From: the human T2T-CHM13v2.0 reference genome, Homo sapiens
Assembly (NCBI RefSeq): GCF_009914755.1
Contig: NC_060935.1
DNA: 64,000 bases
Strand: one strand, 5' to 3'
Shown: positions 1 through 14,350 of the stretch, in pieces
Layout: every line of letters starts with the position of its first letter
How positions within the stretch are numbered: position 1 is the stretch's first letter
Notes under the pieces: generated by a model
The model's input: the letters and a program-made list of their open reading frames with translations, nothing else
Told to the model about the DNA's origin: nothing
Database searches by the model: none
Program-made: the position numbers and the translations under genes

Positions 1-672
1 ACATTCCACAGACAGCTTTATCCCTGAAGTTGTCATGTGGACTAGATACCTGTAACTGCATGGAATCAAGTACAGCAGGAGGAATCTAAGAAAATGTGCA
101 CTGTGGTCCTTTAAGATTTGAAAGATGCAATTCAAAGGCTGTTAAGACCTTCAGCTGGTGATAATTGGATTTGTAAGTCAGTGCAACATGTGATAAAAAT
201 GCTCCTGCTGGATGGGATCCCGGTTTTCTTCTATCCTTCCTATTAATGTGATAAATGTTACTGTCTCAGCTGATAGGGCCACGTTGGCTAATCAGATTGG
301 AATCAAGTTTGAGTTCCTCAGGCTGGCTCCATGTGAAGCTCATGGGAAGATGTTAAAAAAATACTATAGAGAATACAAGGAGGACCTGGGTTTGCAGAGG
401 GGAAAATTTTACTTTGATTAGGAGGCTTTGCAGCGTGGGGAAGACACATTTACCATAGACCCTAGTCACGTGCTGCCGCCTGGGCATGTTATATCTCATG
501 GGGGACTGTGGGACATTATCTCCATTGTTACTGGGCACATGCCATCGTGGAGCCTGGGGAGAAAACAACAGCAGCTCTCCATGTGGGTTTTGGGGCAGAG
601 AGGAGCCAAAATAATGTTGGAAAATTAAACCTCTCTTAATTAAAGCTGATGGCAAACAAACACAAGTAATAA

Positions 673-1425
<753 letters not shown>

Positions 1426-1615
1426 ATTTTTTTTTTAATGTAATAAACTTCCCACAGAGAGGGAAGGAGGATAGGGTATGTTTGTTTTGTGTTTTTAAAA
1501 TTGTTTGCTCTCTGCATTTCCCCAAAGACATCCAGGCTGTGCCTTTACCGTCAGCTTGTTTCTTTGGTCAGTGTCTGCCACTGTGTTCCTGACCTACAGA
1601 CTTGAAAGGCTTGTG

Positions 1616-1918
1616 CAGTTGTCCTGGCCTTCAGTATCTGAGGGGCACTGGTTCCAGGATTTCCCTCCAATATTAAAATCTGCAGATGCTCAAACCCCTT
1701 ACCTAAAATCGGAAATTATTTGTAGAAAATCTATGCATATCCTTCTGTATACTTTTAGTCAACTATAGATTACTTATAATGGCTAATACAATGCAAATGC
1801 TATATAAATTTTTACTGTATTGTTTTGGATTTTTTTGTTGGTTTTGTTTTTGAATAGTTTCGATCCCCAGTTGGTTGAATCTATGCATTTGGAACCCGTG
1901 GATAAGGAGGGCCAGTCA
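1616..1918. mobile_element. MER2 (TcMar-Tigger) DNA transposon
   Basis: GGTTCCAGGA...GATGCTCAA...TAGATTACTTATAAT...AATACAATGCAAATGCTAT...GTTGGTTGAATC...GGAACCCGTGGATAAGGAGGGCC matches the remembered MER2 consensus. Confidence 0.85.
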
Positions 1919-2199
1919 TATAGGGCAAATGTGGGACTGGCTTCTCTCTAAAGAGAGGGATAAAGTACACCTCAGATGCGCAGATACAGTCTGGCTGCAG
2001 TTACACTGGGATAGGTATATTCCGGACTTTCCCTGAAGTTGTCAACTTCTGACTCAGTCACATTCTTGACCTCTGAGCATGTAGCTATCACTTTCACTTG
2101 CATATTAGCCTTAGTCCTCTTACTCATTTGTCTGTCAGATTTAGTTGTTCTCTGTGGAGGTTAGGAACACACACCGGCTACAGGCACTGAGTGTCAGGA

Positions 2200-2590
2200 T
2201 TGTCAGGATGGACTAGACTATGCTGTGGAAACAAATACACCCTGAGATCCTAGTGGCTTCATGCGATAAAGTGAATTACTAGTCTCCTTATTGCCTGGAG
2301 TAGGTTGCACAGACCCACAGAATGTCTCTCCACTGACTGGAGACTCCTGTGTCTGAATTCCTTCCCTCGTGTGGCACCAGCACCTTGGAGTCATGGGATT
2401 CAGCTACAGAGGGGAGAGAGAGAGGCTAGAAGGCTGAGCAGTGGGGTAGCAGGAAAGATTGAGCAAGATGTTTCATGTCCAGGCCTAGGACTGGCCTTTC
2501 TCTTCATCTTCCATTGTCATGTAGTCATTCACATGCCGTTGGGCTCACGGTAAGGGAAATTGGAGAAAGAGGTCTGCCATCCTGTGTGCC
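2200..2590 (-). mobile_element. Old MaLR LTR (MLT1K/L-like)
   Basis: CTAGACTATGCTGTGGAAACAAA...AGTGGCTT start typical of antisense MLT1; heavily diverged. Confidence 0.5.
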
Positions 2591-2727
2591 CAGAATTTGG
2601 TGGGCAGGTGGTCAGTCTGTTCTACATTTTAGCAGTCTACCCAATTATTGAAGTCTTAGTGCCTGGGCTTGAAGGGATCTTTGGAAGCAATTTTGTAATT
2701 CTTTTATCTGCACCTAAAACCTTAGAC

Positions 2728-2903
2728 TAGTGCTTCTCAAAATGTGGTCCTGGGACTTGGCAGTGAGCATCACTTGGGAACTAGTTAGAAATGCACATAC
2801 TCGGGCCCCATTTCTGACCCATTGTACGAGAAATTCTTGGGGTTGAGTCAAGGGATCCACTTCAAGCAGCCCTCTGATGCTCCCTAAACTTTGAGAGCCA
2901 CTG
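2728..2903. mobile_element. MER5A (hAT-Charlie) MITE
   Basis: TIRs TAGTGCTTCTCAAA ... TTTGAGAGCCACTG; GCATCACTTGGGAACTAGTTAGAAATGCA core; 8-bp TSD-like CCTTAGAC/TCCTAGAC. Confidence 0.85.
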
Positions 2904-2911
2904 TCCTAGAC

Positions 2912-3030
2912 CGGCAGTTCTCACTCCACTGTGACTACCCACTGGGATTGCCTGGGGAGCTTTGGAATGTTCTGATAGCTGGGTCCATAGCCACAGATTC
3001 AGACCGAATTGGCCGGGGGTGTGGCCTGAG
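2912..3030. mobile_element. MER5B-like fragment
   Basis: GGCAGTTCTCA...CCTGGGGAGCTTT...AATTGGCCGGGGGTGTGGCCTGAGC. Confidence 0.55.
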
Positions 3031-3239
3031 CTGAAGATGAGAAGCATTGCCCTAGAATGATTATTGAGGAATAGCTTTTATCCTGAAGTTCTCTGTGAAA
3101 ATAGATTTCATATGGCTCCATTGGCACTTACTAATCACTCAAAGGCCATGGGAGCAATTGATTTTCATGTCCTAAGCCCTTCCCTTCCCTTTCAATTGGA
3201 AGCAACCTCCCAGCTTTGCATAAAGTACAGACAAAATAG

Positions 3240-3410
3240 AGATTTGGGAACTTAGACATGGAATCCTGATTCTGTCACTGACTCATCACGTGGCCCTGAG
3301 TAAGCCAATTAATTTCTCTGTGTCGTGTGTCTGTAAAACGGGAGTAGTAACACTTGCCCACAGATGTTGCCAGCATTATCTAATTAATGAGCACAGAGTG
3401 TTTGGGAAAT
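3240..3410 (+). mobile_element. MIR SINE
   Basis: GAATCCTGATTCTGTCACTGACT...TTTCTCTGTG...CTGTAAAACGGGAGTAGTAA core. Confidence 0.65.
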
Positions 3411-4659
3411 ACAAAGTACTGTACAAATGCTAATCATTATGATGAATGCGGTGCATTTTGCAGATATAAAAGTGCTGTGTATATGCTCATAATTATTATA
3501 ATTATTGCTAATACCGATAATATTCCTACTGCTAATGTATTTCCCTGGCAGTAAGAGCTTAGTGTATTCTTTGGGTTAACATCTTGCCCCGCATGATCAG
3601 GAAGTCTTGCTAAGCAGCTGTTAAATGCCCCTGGCTTTCCACCTTTCAGAAAAGTATCATTCATCAGGAGTACAAATAGTCACGTATGTAAACCATCCTG
3701 GGGTCCACTTATATGAGACATCCCTGGCTGTCAGGTCACTGCCAGATCATGTTCAAGAAGCTCTTTTTAGGTTCCAGAGGTACCCAGAATGTAGAGTCAT
3801 CTGCTTTTTCTTGTATTTTCATCAGAGATATTTTTTTTCCTTCTACTGGTTTTTTATCTACAATAGCTTTGTCATCTGCTTTCATATGGTGCTAAATGTG
3901 CTGAAGAAAATTCTAGTGTGTGTTGGTGAGTGTTACTAGGTTCCAATGCTGACAATTCACAGATATTATCTGCAGCAATTGGTGTTGAGAACAAGACAAT
4001 TATTTTTGCTGTGGTTTTGTTTGTTCAGTTTTAACTTGGGTTTTGATTGGAGGAGAAGTGTTGGGGAAAGGCAATTGTTTCTCTCTTCTCACTTTGCAAG
4101 AAGGGAACGGTATTGAGGATTGTGGGACTGGTTTGAACAAAGCAGGCAGGCTAGAAATAAAGAGAGCAAATAGATGACTTTAGGATGCAGTCAGCAGTTA
4201 CAAGACCATTGTTTCTATCCTCATGTTCCTTCTGTCCTTCCGACACCCATTTCCTGGTTATTAGATGTGGACCTCTGTATTTTGTAGACCTTGTCTACGC
4301 TACTGCTTCCTGAATTATTCATAGCAAATTGGGCATGAAACTTACAAAAGAAACTCATCCTGAGAATTATCCCAATTTAGTACAAGGCTTGAAAAACAAA
4401 CAAAAAGCAGAGTTTACTGACTGTCCATACCATAGATCCCTGATGGTCCAACTCTTGTCTCCATTTCAAAAGCCCTGATGATCCTTTTCCTTTTCCCCTT
4501 TTGTGGCCCCACATGATATATGAAATTTCAAGTTTCTTTGCCTTGGGCTGGAACTACAACAACTGATGAATTTGTGCTGATTGTCTTATGCTGATCTGAA
4601 TCTCTGATTGATAGAGGAATCCCTGATAAATAAAAATGGGGAAATAACGATCAATTTAT

Positions 4660-6905
4660 GTAGATCAGAATTTCTTAACGATATCATTTTCATTTTCTCT
4701 GAAGAACATATTTTAACATTTATTGCAAGGCAAGTATCCTGGCAACAAATTCCCTCAACTTTTGATTGTCTGAGAAAGTCTTAATTTCTCTTTCACCTTT
4801 GACGAATAATTTTGCTGGATACAGAATTCTAGATTGGTGGTTCTTTAGTTTTAATACTTTAAATATTTCACTCGACGCTCCTCTTCCTGTATGCATGGTT
4901 TCTGAAGAGAAGTCCAATGTAATTCTTATCCTTGCTTCTCTATTGGTAAGCCCTCTTCCCCGACCCTCAGTTTCTCAAGTTTGCCTGTCTTTGATTTTCT
5001 GCAGTTTGAATAAGATATGCCTAGGTGTAGTTTTTTGGTATTTTGATTAGTGTTCTCTGAGCATCCTGAAACTGTTGTTTGGTTTCTGTCATAAATTTTT
5101 GGAAATTCTCAGTCATTATTGCTTCAAACATTTTTTCTGCTTCTTTCTCCCATCTACGTCTAGTAATCCCATTGCATGTATATTACACTTCCTTTTGTAG
5201 TTGGATATTCTGTTCCATTTTTTTCAGTTTTTCTCTTCAAATTTCAGGTTTGGAAGATTCTATTGATATTCTTCAGGTTCACTGGTTTTTCCTTGGCCAT
5301 ATCCAGTCTATTGATCCATGGCATTCTTCATTTCTGTTGATTTTTTTTTTTATTTCTACCATCTTCTTTTGAATTCTTTTTTACAGTTTTCATTTTCTGC
5401 TTACATTCCCCATTTGTCCTTGCAAGTTGTCTGCTTTTTCCATTAGAACTCTTAGCATATTATTCATAGTTACTTTAAATCCTCAATCTGATAATTCCAA
5501 CATCTCTGCGATATCTGAGCCTGTTCTGATGCTTACTCTGTTTCTTCCAGCTGGTTTTTTTTTTTTTTTTCGTCTTATAGTATGCTGGTGGTACTTTTAT
5601 CTTTAAAGCCAGACATGATATACTGGGGTAAAAGAAACTGGAGTAAATAGATTTTTAGTTTAAAGTTTTATGTTTCTGGCTAGGGATCAAGCTATAATTA
5701 TTGCTTGTTGTAACTGTGTCAGAGGTTAAAGTTTCCTCTGGTGTTCTTGTTTTTGATTTCCCTGTTGTCCCTAGAAATTTATTTTCAAATACCATCTGAG
5801 ATACAGAATTCTTTCATTTCCATTCCCCTCTTGTTATGATGAGCTACTCCTATGGATGTGACCATGGGTGTGGGGGGAGGGAAATCTTCTATAGAGCCAT
5901 GAGTAGGCCTCAGTATTTTACTAAGCCTGTGCCCCTGCGCCGTGAGCTTCACAAGTGTGTCTCAGGGTTGCTTTTCTTCCCCCGCTCAGGTGAGACAGGA
6001 AGTGTAGAAGGGGCTGCAGTTGGGTATTTTCCCTTCCCTGCATCATTAGGCTCTGGTAATATAATTTCTATTGAGGGCAGGCCTTCATAAGAACAGGATG
6101 CATGTGTCATATTTCAAAATGGCTGCCTTTGCTCTCCCCCTGCTGGATGCATGAGGGGATTTTTCTTTGATCCTTACTGTGAGAACCTCCTAGGGCTCTT
6201 GAACCTCCTAGGGCTCCTATTGAAGTGTGGAGTCTCCCAAAGTCTGGAGCTCTCATGTTTTGACCCCTAAGACTTGTGCACACTGAACCTCCAGCAACTC
6301 ATCAGTTCCATTTTAGTTTTTCTATCCTGATACTGGCTCCCGTAGAGGGTTGTATGGTTGGTTGGTGTGGGTTTTTTTTTGTTTTGTTTTGTTTTTTTGC
6401 TACTGGGCTTCTGCTCTTATAAGTTGTGATTCTCTGTATCCACCTGTCTTTTCCAATTTAGGGGCAGTGTTTTGCTCTGTGACATCTCTGAGGATCTCTT
6501 TTTTTTATTTTTATTCTTTAAGTTTTAGGGTACATGTGCACAATGTGCAGGTTAGTTACATATGTATACATGTGCCATGTTGGTGTGCTGCACCCAGTAA
6601 CTCGTCATTTAACATTAGTTATATCTCCTAAAGCTATCCCTCCCCCCTCCCCCCACCCCACAACAGGCCCCGGTGTGTGATGTTCCCCTTCCTGTGTCCA
6701 TGTGTTCTCATTGTTCAGTTCCCACCTATGAGTGAGAACATGCGGTGTTTGGTTTTTTGTCCTTGCGATAGTTTGCTGAGAATGATGGTTTCCAGCTTCA
6801 TCCAAGAGTTGTTGACTTTTGGTTTGGTCAGCTTTTTCCTTTTCATGTGAAAAGCATGATGATGATGACTCCAGCCTGTTTAGGTGCTTTAATGGAAGCT
6901 GGAAG
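4660..6905 (-). mobile_element. Old L1M (L1MC/MD-like) 5' region with ORF1 remnant, interrupted by an L1PA
   Basis: ORF 4720-4917(-) DFSSETM...IFKVLK...RILYPAKL...EIKTFSDNQKLREFV resembles the L1 ORF1p C-terminus; T-rich antisense L1 sequence resumes after 6804. Confidence 0.85.
6499..6804 (-). mobile_element. 5'-truncated L1PA (L1PA3/4-like) 3' UTR
   Basis: T tract followed by TAAGTTTTAGGGTACATGTGCACAATGTGCAGGTTAGTTAC...CCCACCTATGAGTGAGAACATGCGG...CCAGCTTCATCCA. Confidence 0.97.
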
Positions 6906-7789
6906 GTGTTTGCTCCAATAATTATCACTTAACAAATTCAGTCCACATAGTCCATCAGTCAAAAAATAATCATATGGGCCTTTAGTTGTGAAAAAGTGGG
7001 AAATAGAGTGAACATCGGCTTATAGTTACTACTATTTGTTCTTATTAATGGACTTTTTTGAAGGAAAAATAAGAAAAGCATATAAGGGAGGGAGTGGAGG
7101 AGGTAGTCAGAGACGAGGAGTGGGTATAAAGTCATTTCTGCCTGTTATTCATGAGGAAAGAATTATCAGGACCTTCATTACCAGTCCTCGTGTTTACATA
7201 GGGCAGGCTTATTTAGGAGGCATCAGCAGTGTTCCACATGAATGAATTTGTCATATAACTAAGCTATCATCCTTTAAATGGAACTTAAAACATTGCAATC
7301 CTTTTTGATAGAGTTCTTTTTCTAAAATATATTATTGTTTTGTCTTATTGAGCAAAACATGGAGATTATCATTTGTCTTATTTTGTTACTCAGGTCATTA
7401 TTGAAAACATCAGTCACAGAGTGACTCTGTTGTAATGTGGAGTAGGTAACTGAGGCCATCTACACCTAAACACACTCCCTGTCTGGCTTCATAATGCCTA
7501 GCTTAGTTACCCCTCTCCTCAAACACTCCTAAAACCCCTACCCCACCTACTCCACCTAAAATAAAATTAAATTTATTAATTACTATTTTATTTGTGTCTA
7601 AGCTAGTCCAATTATCTCCTAAAATCATCTCGTATATCACTTTGTGATATACATACAACAATTAGGAAACCCAAACCAAAACACTGTGCTGTAGGATAGG
7701 GAGAATGGAGCCTATTATTTAATTACTCACCAGACTTTATGCATGAAAATCGTTTTCTGGCCTATAGGCTAAAAAGTAAATACATGCAT

Positions 7790-9070
7790 AATATGTCATT
7801 TGTACTGTGGTGTACTATGGAGAAAAATAAACCATGGCCAGGGGCTTAAATGGGACTAGAGATAGAGGTGGTCTTGGAAGCCCTCTTTGTTAAGATAATA
7901 TTTAAGTAGAGATCTGAAGGAAGTGAAGAGGGAAGCCATTTGGATATTGTGGAGTTGGAAGAGGGAACCGCATATGCCAAAGCCCTGTGGCAGGAGTATG
8001 CTTTGGATCAGGAAACTTAAGAAGAAGATATGATTCTGAGAAAGGGAACAAAAGCAGGAGTGAGAGTGAGAAAGGGAGAAGAAGCAGGAGATGAGAGCAG
8101 AGAGATAGTGGGAAGCTAGATCACTGAATTAGTCAGCTAGTGCCACAACAGTGCTGCATAAAACTCATGGGCTTACAAAATAGCATTTTTTCTCACTTTG
8201 GACTTGTAGGTTCGCTGGGAGGACTATAGACTGAAAATTGGGCTCAGGCTTCTTCCACATATGTTCATTCTGGGGCCCAGACTGAGGAGCCAGCAGCTAC
8301 TCACCCAGACCTGGTTGATGGAACACCAGGGCGCAAAATGACAAGCTAGCCACTCATGCACATTGCAAGCCTCAATCCTGTCTACAAACATCGTGCAGGC
8401 CAAAGCAAGGCACAGAGCCAAGCTCCAAACACAGTGGTGGGAAAGTATACCCTGCCAACAGTAGGAGGGGAAAAGATATGTGACCAGTTATTCAATCTAC
8501 CACACAAACCAGAAAGAGTGTGGTTTTTGACTTTTACTCTTAGTGTGAACATCTTTAACTTTTACTCTTTTTGTAAAGGGAAGTCATTAAGTCATATTGA
8601 TCTGACAAGTGACTTGTTCTTTTATTTTCAAAGAGTAACTCTGGGACCATGAGAATAGACTCCAAGGGTCAAGTTGGAGGCAAGAAGACCAGTAAGGAGA
8701 CTGTTGCCGTATTCCAGATGAGAGGGGATAGTGGCTTTGACCATGGTGTAGGAGTGGGGATGGTATGAAATAGTCATCTTCTGGATTTGTTTTTCAGGTA
8801 GAGTTTCGAGAATTGGTTGGTAGATTGGGTGTTGGTATGAGATAAAGAGATGGGTCAAGGAGGTCTTCAAGGTTTTTGGGTGGAATGATGAGTAGGGAAG
8901 ACTGGATGAAGTTCAAGTTTGAAGGTTGAGGGCAGGGAATCTGGAGTTCTACTTTCATCATTAAGGCTTGAGATACCTCTTAGGCTTTGCGTACAGATAC
9001 CAAGTAGTCAGTTGTATACATGAATCTAGTGCTCAGGACAGAGGTGCAGGCTGGAGACAGGGTTGAATGA
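7790..9070 (-). mobile_element. L2 LINE fragment split by an MLT1 LTR
   Basis: ORF 8628-8870(-) contains SHLEYGNSLLTGLLAS, a decayed L2/CR1 ORF2 SRLDYCNSLLxGLP motif; purine-rich antisense L2 sequence. Confidence 0.8.
8125..8504 (-). mobile_element. MaLR LTR (MLT1H/I/J-like)
   Basis: TGAATTAGTCAGCTA...GCTGCATAA start and AATCTACCACA end. Confidence 0.7.
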
Positions 9071-9339
9071 AAATTGATAATAGACTTAGACATGTCTTGG
9101 ATGTTGAAAATAATATTTTACTCAGTGAGAGAGCATGATTTATATAATCTCTTATGTGTGGAAGTCTTTAAATCTTCTTGTTCTCATCTAGTTTTTCCCT
9201 CCAAAATGACATGCTCAGAGGCCCTCCCACTCATTAATCTTTCTCCTTCTCTATCTCTGTGTTTCATTTTTAATTGGCATTTTTGAAGACTAGTCTTTCT
9301 TTATTTTTATTAATTTATTGATCAACTGAAGTCTGTATT

Positions 9340-10280
9340 ATGACTGCTGAGGTTATTAAAACTGTTCTGACCAAAGTTCTCACACTCTGCACACATCCCA
9401 AGTGGACTCTATGCTGCTGACTCCACCACTCCATCCCTCCGCCACTGACCATGCATCCACTACTGTGTTCAAGCCATTCCACCGCCTGTCTCTTCTGAAG
9501 CCCTCTCCCACTTTGGCTTCTGCAACTCTGCTCTCCTGGTCTTGTTTTCTTCCTGCTGTTCTGTGATGCTCTGGCTTTGTCTCCTTGTGAATGCTTTCTC
9601 TCCTGTGCTAACCCCTTATATGTTGGTTCTGTCCTTGACTTGAAGCTCTTAGCCCACTCTGTGGGAAGTCTCATCCATTCCTTGGATTTTCACTGCTGTT
9701 TGGGTATAGGAGCTGCACACTTCATTGTCTCTGACCCTGGCCCCTCCCTTGAATGTAGTGAAAGTATTTCCAACTACATGTAGGATATATCCAAGTCAAT
9801 GTTCAGTGATACCTCAATTTCAACATATCCAAAATGAAACATCCTCTGGTGATTGGGGAGGTAAGAGCCATCGCTCTTCCTCTGTGTCTTAGTGACTAGG
9901 ACCTTCTTGTAGGTGTCATACTCACCAATCCCTACTCCAACATCTGTTCAGCTCTGAATTGTCTTATAATGCTCTAGAGTGGGAAGTCCTCCAAGTCACC
10001 CCTTCAAGTTTTCATTTACTCATACTTTAAGATATCTGATTCAATCGGTATCTCCTCTAAGAAGGCTCCTCTGGGTTTGTAACTAGGATACAGCATTCTT
10101 CCTTGGTATTCTGCCAACATTTTATTCACATCTCATCATATTATGTTGATGTTATGTGTATATATTTTTCCCTAACATCCTAAGTTAAACTTCTCCAGGG
10201 AAGAATGCTGTATTTATCATCTCAAGTACATAGATCAGTGTCTAACATTTAGTAGGATTTTAGTAAACATTTTTGAGCTT
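9340..10280 (+). mobile_element. L2 LINE fragments
   Basis: Pyrimidine-rich L2 ORF2-like sequence (CTCTCCTGG...CTCAATTTCAACATATCCAAAA) and an L2 3' end (AGTAGG...AGTAAACATTTTTGA). Confidence 0.6.
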
Positions 10281-12529
10281 GACAGAAAGGATTAATTTGG
10301 ATTAATGAACCCAACCAAAGGTAAGTAAAGGCTCAGATACAGCCATATATGCCTGGTCTTCTAAACCTCATAGCTTTACCTCTGGGATTCATAGTAATGT
10401 TGATCCATGCAAAAGCTTTTTCTTTGTGCCCACTATACACAGATAATGAGAGCACGCTCATGGCTGCGGGCAAGTAGCACTGCATGATTGACATGAGTTC
10501 TGACAACTCCTCCGAAAGAGAAAGTAGCCCAATCATCCCCAGCTAGATGATGAGTGTGTCTCATGTTATTTTCAGGCAATGTAAGGTTTTATTTTTGTCA
10601 TGCACCAAATGGACTTGGTGTCAGGCCGTCAAATGTCTGGCAATCTGCCTAGCTGAAGAGATAACATGAGTGGTGAATAGAACATTATTGTGTGATAATG
10701 ATTTCCAGCAGCTATTGAAGATAAATTCCAATGCAAAGTAGAAAGCTTTATTTCCAGGGGAGGAGATATTGATCCTGTGGCCACTGTAAATAGAATGAGA
10801 ATTGCAGGTGTAGACAGAAGTCCAGTCTTGTCACAAACATTGAGATCTGACTAGCAGAAGGAACTGCCTCCTGAAGGCAAATGAAAGCCCACCTGTTTAG
10901 GAATTGCTCGTTGCTCCCCCTAATGCTGTCACTTTCCTGTAGGAATGTACCATGTGAACCAGATGCAGCATGAGAAGCATATTACCAACACAATTCTTAA
11001 ATGAAAAATCAAAGACCTCTGCAGATCAGCCATAATTGGCTGTGGTATGGTCCCTGGGATCTCGCTTGGTTCTTTAAGAAAAATGTTTTTATGAGTCAGA
11101 GATAAATCCGGAGACTGGATTACGGGATTTGTTTTATAGACTTAATGGTTGATTGAAAAAGAATCTCATATTCTTTATATACAATTTGAGATTGATGATG
11201 TGGTTAGTCTTCATTAGGTTTTGACAAACTGGTCATTACAACCTGTCTACTTCATAGAATATTCAGTTTTAGAAAGACCTTAAAGATCATCTCATCTAAT
11301 TCTTTTATTTTTCATGAAGGAGACAGTGACCTTAAGATGGTCTTATAGTTAACTTGGACACTTTTTTGAGGCATTATCAAAATACATGACTTTCTTAAAC
11401 CTTACTAGGATTGTGCATTAATGCAAAGCTGTTTTCTTTGGGATAGCACTTATTTCAGAATGAGAAAAATCTTCCCAGAGACCTTGCAAATGCTTCAAGG
11501 TCTGGGAATTCTAACTCTCTCTTGTTTCACAGGCTAGTGCACATAGTTTATATTCCTTCTGTGGATAAATGTAGACTATCTGGTGCTCTCATCTCTTTCC
11601 TGCCTGCCCAGAGATCACCTGCTAGTAGGCACTACCCATCCTGGATTGCCTCACCACGATTTGCTTCACCCGTCTCAGGGGTGTCCTGAACTTCAGTGTG
11701 ACAAACTTCAGGATGTATGTTAAGTGCATCTGTGCACCTCTTAGTGAAGGACATTTGCAGGATGTTGGAGATCTGTGGCTGGAAGATTAGCAGGTCAGAA
11801 GCTAGCTCAAGTGGGCAACTGGATAATGGCAGATGGGTTTACATTCAATCCAGATGAAATCCCAGAGGGCATTTGGGTTAACCCTCAGCAATGGCTGGAT
11901 GGTAACTCTGTCGTGTTTCTCCACCTTTGACACCTAGTTTTGCCATCAGATGGTTGTGAGTTTAGGGACAAAGGAACCTGGAGAGAGGAGTAGACTTTCT
12001 TTTTCTCTCCTCAGAGTCTCAGAGAAATGACCTCCCTGCTCCTGCAATGGACTATGCCCCACTTTAACTGTGCCGAGGCTGGATGCTTTGCCAAAGGCTT
12101 TCCTTGTTTGTTCCATTGATGACCACAGTTCTCCAGATCTTGACCTAGTTGCTAAATCCCTGTGCTGATCAAAAATGTTCCCACTACTGAGGGCAGATGA
12201 TATACATTCATGATACAAGCACATAAACTCCAGAGGGATAGTGCCAATAGGAGCATATTTCTGGTCTCCTAGCTTCTTGATTATTCAGTTTTAAACTTGT
12301 TTATGCTCATATTTCTGATGTTTTTCTTCCCATGGTTTTCATTAACAAAAAATAATCTGTTTTGCTGTTGTTTGCTTTGAGTAACTGAGAGGACTGTGGA
12401 CTGAGAGAAATTTAAAATGTCCCTTTCTAAAAAACCGTACATGAACTTGATATTCAGGCTCTCCTAGATGTTCATTTTAATCTATAAGAAGCTGTGTTTA
12501 TGATTCTGTCATACCAGAGTGAGTCCCCT

Positions 12530-12755
12530 CTTTTCTCTACTTCCATAGCTCTTGTTGTCTGTACCAGTCATTGGCAATTAATTATATACTGCCTTGTGGC
12601 ATGATAATTTCAGTTTGTGTGTCTTTATATCATTGATGTAAGTGGACTCGGATCCTTGAGGGAGAGAATTGAGTGTCATGCTTCTTTGTTTCCTCTCTAA
12701 CACCGAGCAGAATGCTATATGCATAGTCGGCTGTCAAACAATATTTGCTGAATGA
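12530..12755 (+). mobile_element. L2 3' end
   Basis: CCTTGAGGGAGAG...GCATAGTCGGC...AATATTTGCTGAATGA terminus. Confidence 0.6.
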
Positions 12756-14350
12756 TCCACCACACAGAATTTCTTAATGCCTCTGCATAATGGTCCCAGA
12801 GATAATGTTGCATAAAAAGAGACAATATTCTTCCCAGTATTAAAATATTCGGTGAAATGCCACAATAGTGATGTTTCAAAGGTCTGCAGATTAAATGTTT
12901 CAGGGAATGTAAATTGGCTATTGGGCTATTGGCATGTGTGTGTGTGGCAGTGGGAGGGGTGTGTGTGTGTGTATGTGTGTGTGCCCATGTACATGTGTAA
13001 TGTTCCTGTGTGCGTGAGCCCCATTGCTTTCATCTTGAATTTTGGAGCCCTCTGTCAGTCCCTCTGATTGAGGAAGGAGGATGCTGGCTGGGTAATGGAT
13101 GTCTTGCTCTAGCTGGCAAGGCAGTAATGCTTCAACTGGAAAATCATTAAATCCCAGATTTCAGCCTGTCTCTCTGCCACCTCTCATCAGCAGCAAATCT
13201 GCTTTAACAGCTAAGAATTCCCTTATCTCTCCGTGAGTGTGGACCATGTGCTGCTGCTCTCTGTAGATGGGAGATAGAGCTGCATCATTACGCGGGGGTG
13301 ACAAGGATGTAATTTACAGGCTCAATCAGTTCTAGTTACCATGTAATTACAGAGTTATTACATGGTCATTTGTTCCTGATGGACACCAGTGATCTCTTAT
13401 CCTGTTCTACTGTGGTCTGTTTCTTGTCTTATGCTACTAAGGATATTTAGTTTCTTCTGCATGGCGTGTTAAATGGTGTACTAGGGAGGAAGGACAGAAA
13501 CGAGTTGGGATAAGATGTTGATTATGCTGTGATGCTATTTGTTCTCCTCAATTGGCCTGGTGATAATAACAGCATGCTGTGGCTTTCCTCCCCTAGGCTC
13601 CAAGTTCACATTTTCTTCATAAGAGAGACTGGAGACAATATTGTACTTGGCAGCATGGGGGAAATTGGGTGTAAGGAATATTCTGACCCATTCCACTCAG
13701 CGAGGAGATGACAATATCAACCCCAAGATTATGTCACTGCCTCTTGTAATTTGAAGCTCATGTTAATGCAGTGGCTGTTGGAGAAAAATTCCTTTTTATA
13801 ATGAAAAAGGAGAGGGAACCATTTAAGTGTGTAATTCAGTATCAGGGAGAAATGATGAGAAGGTTCAGTAACCTGCCCAATGTCACCAAGCGAATGGTGT
13901 ATCTGGGACACAAATGACAGAGCTTGGCCCCCTCCACTCTAACTCATTTCAGTGAATTCCTGTCATTAGGAGGCAACACACTTTTAATAGCACAAGTACT
14001 GGAAACCATGTGGAGAAATCTGAATATTCCCTCATATTTGCTTGAATGACCTGGGATAAGCTCCTTTCTTAACTCCTTGTTTTTATTAATTAAGAATTGA
14101 TGTGTGTGATACCATGACACATTCTGAAGATGTCTAACATAGGTGGATTCCTAATCCTTGGGAAATGGACTGAAGGGCCATGTGTCTTGCTATTAGAAAG
14201 TGTGGCATCCATATGGTGCTGTGGGTGGTATCCTGGGGTCAGCACTGAATGCACGTCAGGAGACCTGAGTCCTGTCTCAGTGTTTCCACTGAGTTGTGTG
14301 ATTCACAGTCTGCTACTCTGCCTGCTTAGGAGTCAGTTTCCTTCTCCAGA

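Noticed and set aside
6183-6216. 18-bp tandem duplication GAACCTCCTAGGGCTC
   Set aside because: Real but an ordinary slippage event inside an old L1
10286-10326. Mini-exon ending at the consensus donor AAG|GTAAGT
   Set aside because: The upstream acceptor lacks a polypyrimidine tract; isolated donors occur often by chance
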